A model generated the notes under the pieces. The model saw only the letters and a program-made list of their open reading frames with translations, was not told where the DNA came from and made no database searches. From NCBI RefSeq assembly GCF_009914755.1, contig NC_060931.1: a DNA stretch of 64,000 nt; one strand, given 5' to 3'. Origin of the DNA: the human T2T-CHM13v2.0 reference genome, Homo sapiens. Both the position numbers and the translations under genes were made by a program. This document shows positions 61,831 through 64,000 of this stretch, piece by piece (position 1 is the stretch's first letter; every line of letters starts with the position of its first letter).

Positions 61831-62859
61831 GAAGCAATTTGGAAATTTCAAAAAAAAAAAAGCATAAAATAGGAAGACTCTAATCTCACCGTTCAGAGAT
61901 AACCTTTGTTAATATTTTGGAGTATTTCTTTCCATTCATTTCCATGATCCGATAGTGGGCTTTGTTAAACTCAAGCTCATCTCAAGTAAACATTCTCCCT
62001 CAAACTTAAAACAATATATTTTTAAAAAATAAAAAGGAATGTGCTGTTCTTGAGGTATTGTTTATTTTCCTTCCAGGAAACTGGTATCCTTGGCAATGTT
62101 ATGGTCTATTCCTGTTCTTTTACAAGACTAAAACAGGTTGGACCTAAAATGGTACTCTAAGTTGAATGAAAAGCAGTCTGATCTGAAGTCACTTTCACTG
62201 AACACCATGGCATATATAACTCTTGATGGCTCTGTTTCTGTTTCTCATGGCATTTAGCAGCGCTCTCATGTCTCAGCTATTTCAGGGATAGGGGAAATTA
62301 TTTATTTTATTTTATCACTTAAATATCTCATTTGTATGTAAGAAATCTGAAGCAGCTGAGATAAACCAATTGATGAAGACAGCATCTCACTGAATATTCC
62401 TTTAGCTGGAATGAACTTGATAATTGAATGTTTATTAGAGGTTAAGGGAAAAATCCTTTAGATTAACAGTCCCTACCTTTTAAAAATGTCATATGCTTTC
62501 TAATGTGTATCAGGATAAAAGTAGTTCATTGCCTTATTCCTCACATAATGTGTGCCTAGCATAGGGCCTGGTACATAGTAGCATAAAGGTATAGTGTTAT
62601 GTGCAGATACCATTCTGCATATTGTACATGTATCTCCCTCAGTCGTCTCTGTTACCACTCAGTTCCCTGAGACTACTTCCAGCTGTCTCAGAGACATTAA
62701 TGATTTTAGACTAATTTCTAAAGACCTCTTTCATTTTGATTTTATTATATTTTTGTTACTAAAAAACTTTTTTAGTGGTTCAGAAGCATTAACAAGTCAG
62801 AAAAGACAAGTGGAATTTCCTCAGTGGACCAGCAGAGAAAAGACCTAATAAGGAAAAAA

Positions 62860-63095
62860 AGAGAGATCAGTATTATTTGTAACTAAAGTGCCAGTCCTTC
62901 TGCTAGACGCTTTTCATGTAACTACATTTAATCTGCACAATAACTGTATGAAGTAAACAGGATTATCACATACTTACAGCTGAGGAAGCAAAGTCTGAAA
63001 GCCAGAAAGTCTGACTAATTTATCTAAGATCACACCACAGCCAGGTAGTAGAACTGGGGTCAGATCAGTAGTGTCTGCCTGGTTTTGAAGCCTGA
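62860..63095 (-). mobile_element. MIR
   Basis: 'tttaatctgcacaataactgtatgaagta...acagctgaggaa...aagatcacac'. Confidence 0.7.
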
Positions 63096-63114
63096 TTTGA
63101 TTTCTCCATTATAA

Positions 63115-63318
<204 letters not shown>

Positions 63319-64000
63319 CTGAAGAGTCACTGGACACAGAAATGGAAAACAGGAGTCGATTTTCCGTCTTTTGGATTGCAGCTCCACTGACTGACAGTAA
63401 AGCTGCAGTGATTGAGGACTGCACCAGAGTTCTGAAGGGATCTTAACCATCACAAGTTTTTACCCTCTTCCTTCATGCCTGACCTCAACCCCGCTCTCCT
63501 CATCCTATTCCTAAATTAGGCTAATAAAGTGAAATTGGTATACTTTCCAGTTAAATATATATATATATATATTTTTTCTTACTTTATCTTTTAAGAATTA
63601 ATGAGTATAAAAGAAAAATTAGGCAGTTTACCCTTTTCAGATTTTTATTTCTTTTTTTTTTAATTGGGGGAAATAAGCACTATTAACAGATTCAGCACTA
63701 CAAGTATTTTGAATGTTGTTGCTGTTGGTCATTTGGCCTGCCTTTTCCCTTCCTATTTCACTTTGCCTCCCATCACACAACTGCGTGTAAATGGTGTCAC
63801 TTGTTCACCTCTTTACTTCATTCTTAACAAGTGTATAGTTCTCTAGGACAGTTGATGTATGTTAAGGTGATATCTGTGTCTGTATTGACTTGTCTTGTGT
63901 TACATTAAACAGTAGGCAGAACTGAGGTCTCAAGTTTGCACTCTTGGCCATAGAACTAAAAATGAAACCTGAGATTGACCCAAGCACCTATCTGAGATTG
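63319..64000 (+). other. MKLN1: MKLN1 3'UTR (proximal part; probably continues beyond the window)
   Basis: Repeat-poor sequence directly after the stop codon in the terminal exon. Confidence 0.85.
63523..63528 (+). terminator. Candidate proximal polyadenylation signal AATAAA
   Basis: Canonical hexamer ~205 nt after the stop, followed by (TA)n and T-rich sequence. Confidence 0.5.

Overview
Primate (almost certainly human or great-ape) genomic DNA containing the 3' ten coding exons of MKLN1 (muskelin; kelch-repeat CTLH/GID E3-complex subunit) on the + strand, their introns, the stop codon (TAA 63316-63318) and the first ~680 nt of the 3'UTR. The exons splice into one open frame: 113+213+222+130+148+115+140+103+55+122 = 1361 nt. 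That leaves 847 nt upstream of the window for the 735-aa protein as I remember it; exon numbers 9-18 assume the canonical 18-exon model. The introns are AT-rich and dense with Alus, old L1/HAL1, L2, MIR, MaLR/ERV1 solo LTRs and DNA-transposon fossils. Subfamily names come from recognition, not RepeatMasker, and old-repeat boundaries are approximate. Almost all other ORFs in the track are repeat or low-complexity artefacts. I see no evidence of a new multi-gene system. The best leads are local: (1) a collapsed inverted-Alu foldback (~115-bp stem, 10-nt loop) in intron 11; (2) a 42-bp near-perfect palindrome in unique sequence in intron 9; (3) a ~100-bp, ~90%-identical duplication of non-repeat sequence shared by introns 12 and 14; (4) a GC-AG intron 9, with exon 9 bracketed by inverted Alus; (5) a U12-like donor after exon 14; (6) a 60-bp Z-DNA-prone tract; (7) a T23 acceptor tract before exon 17.
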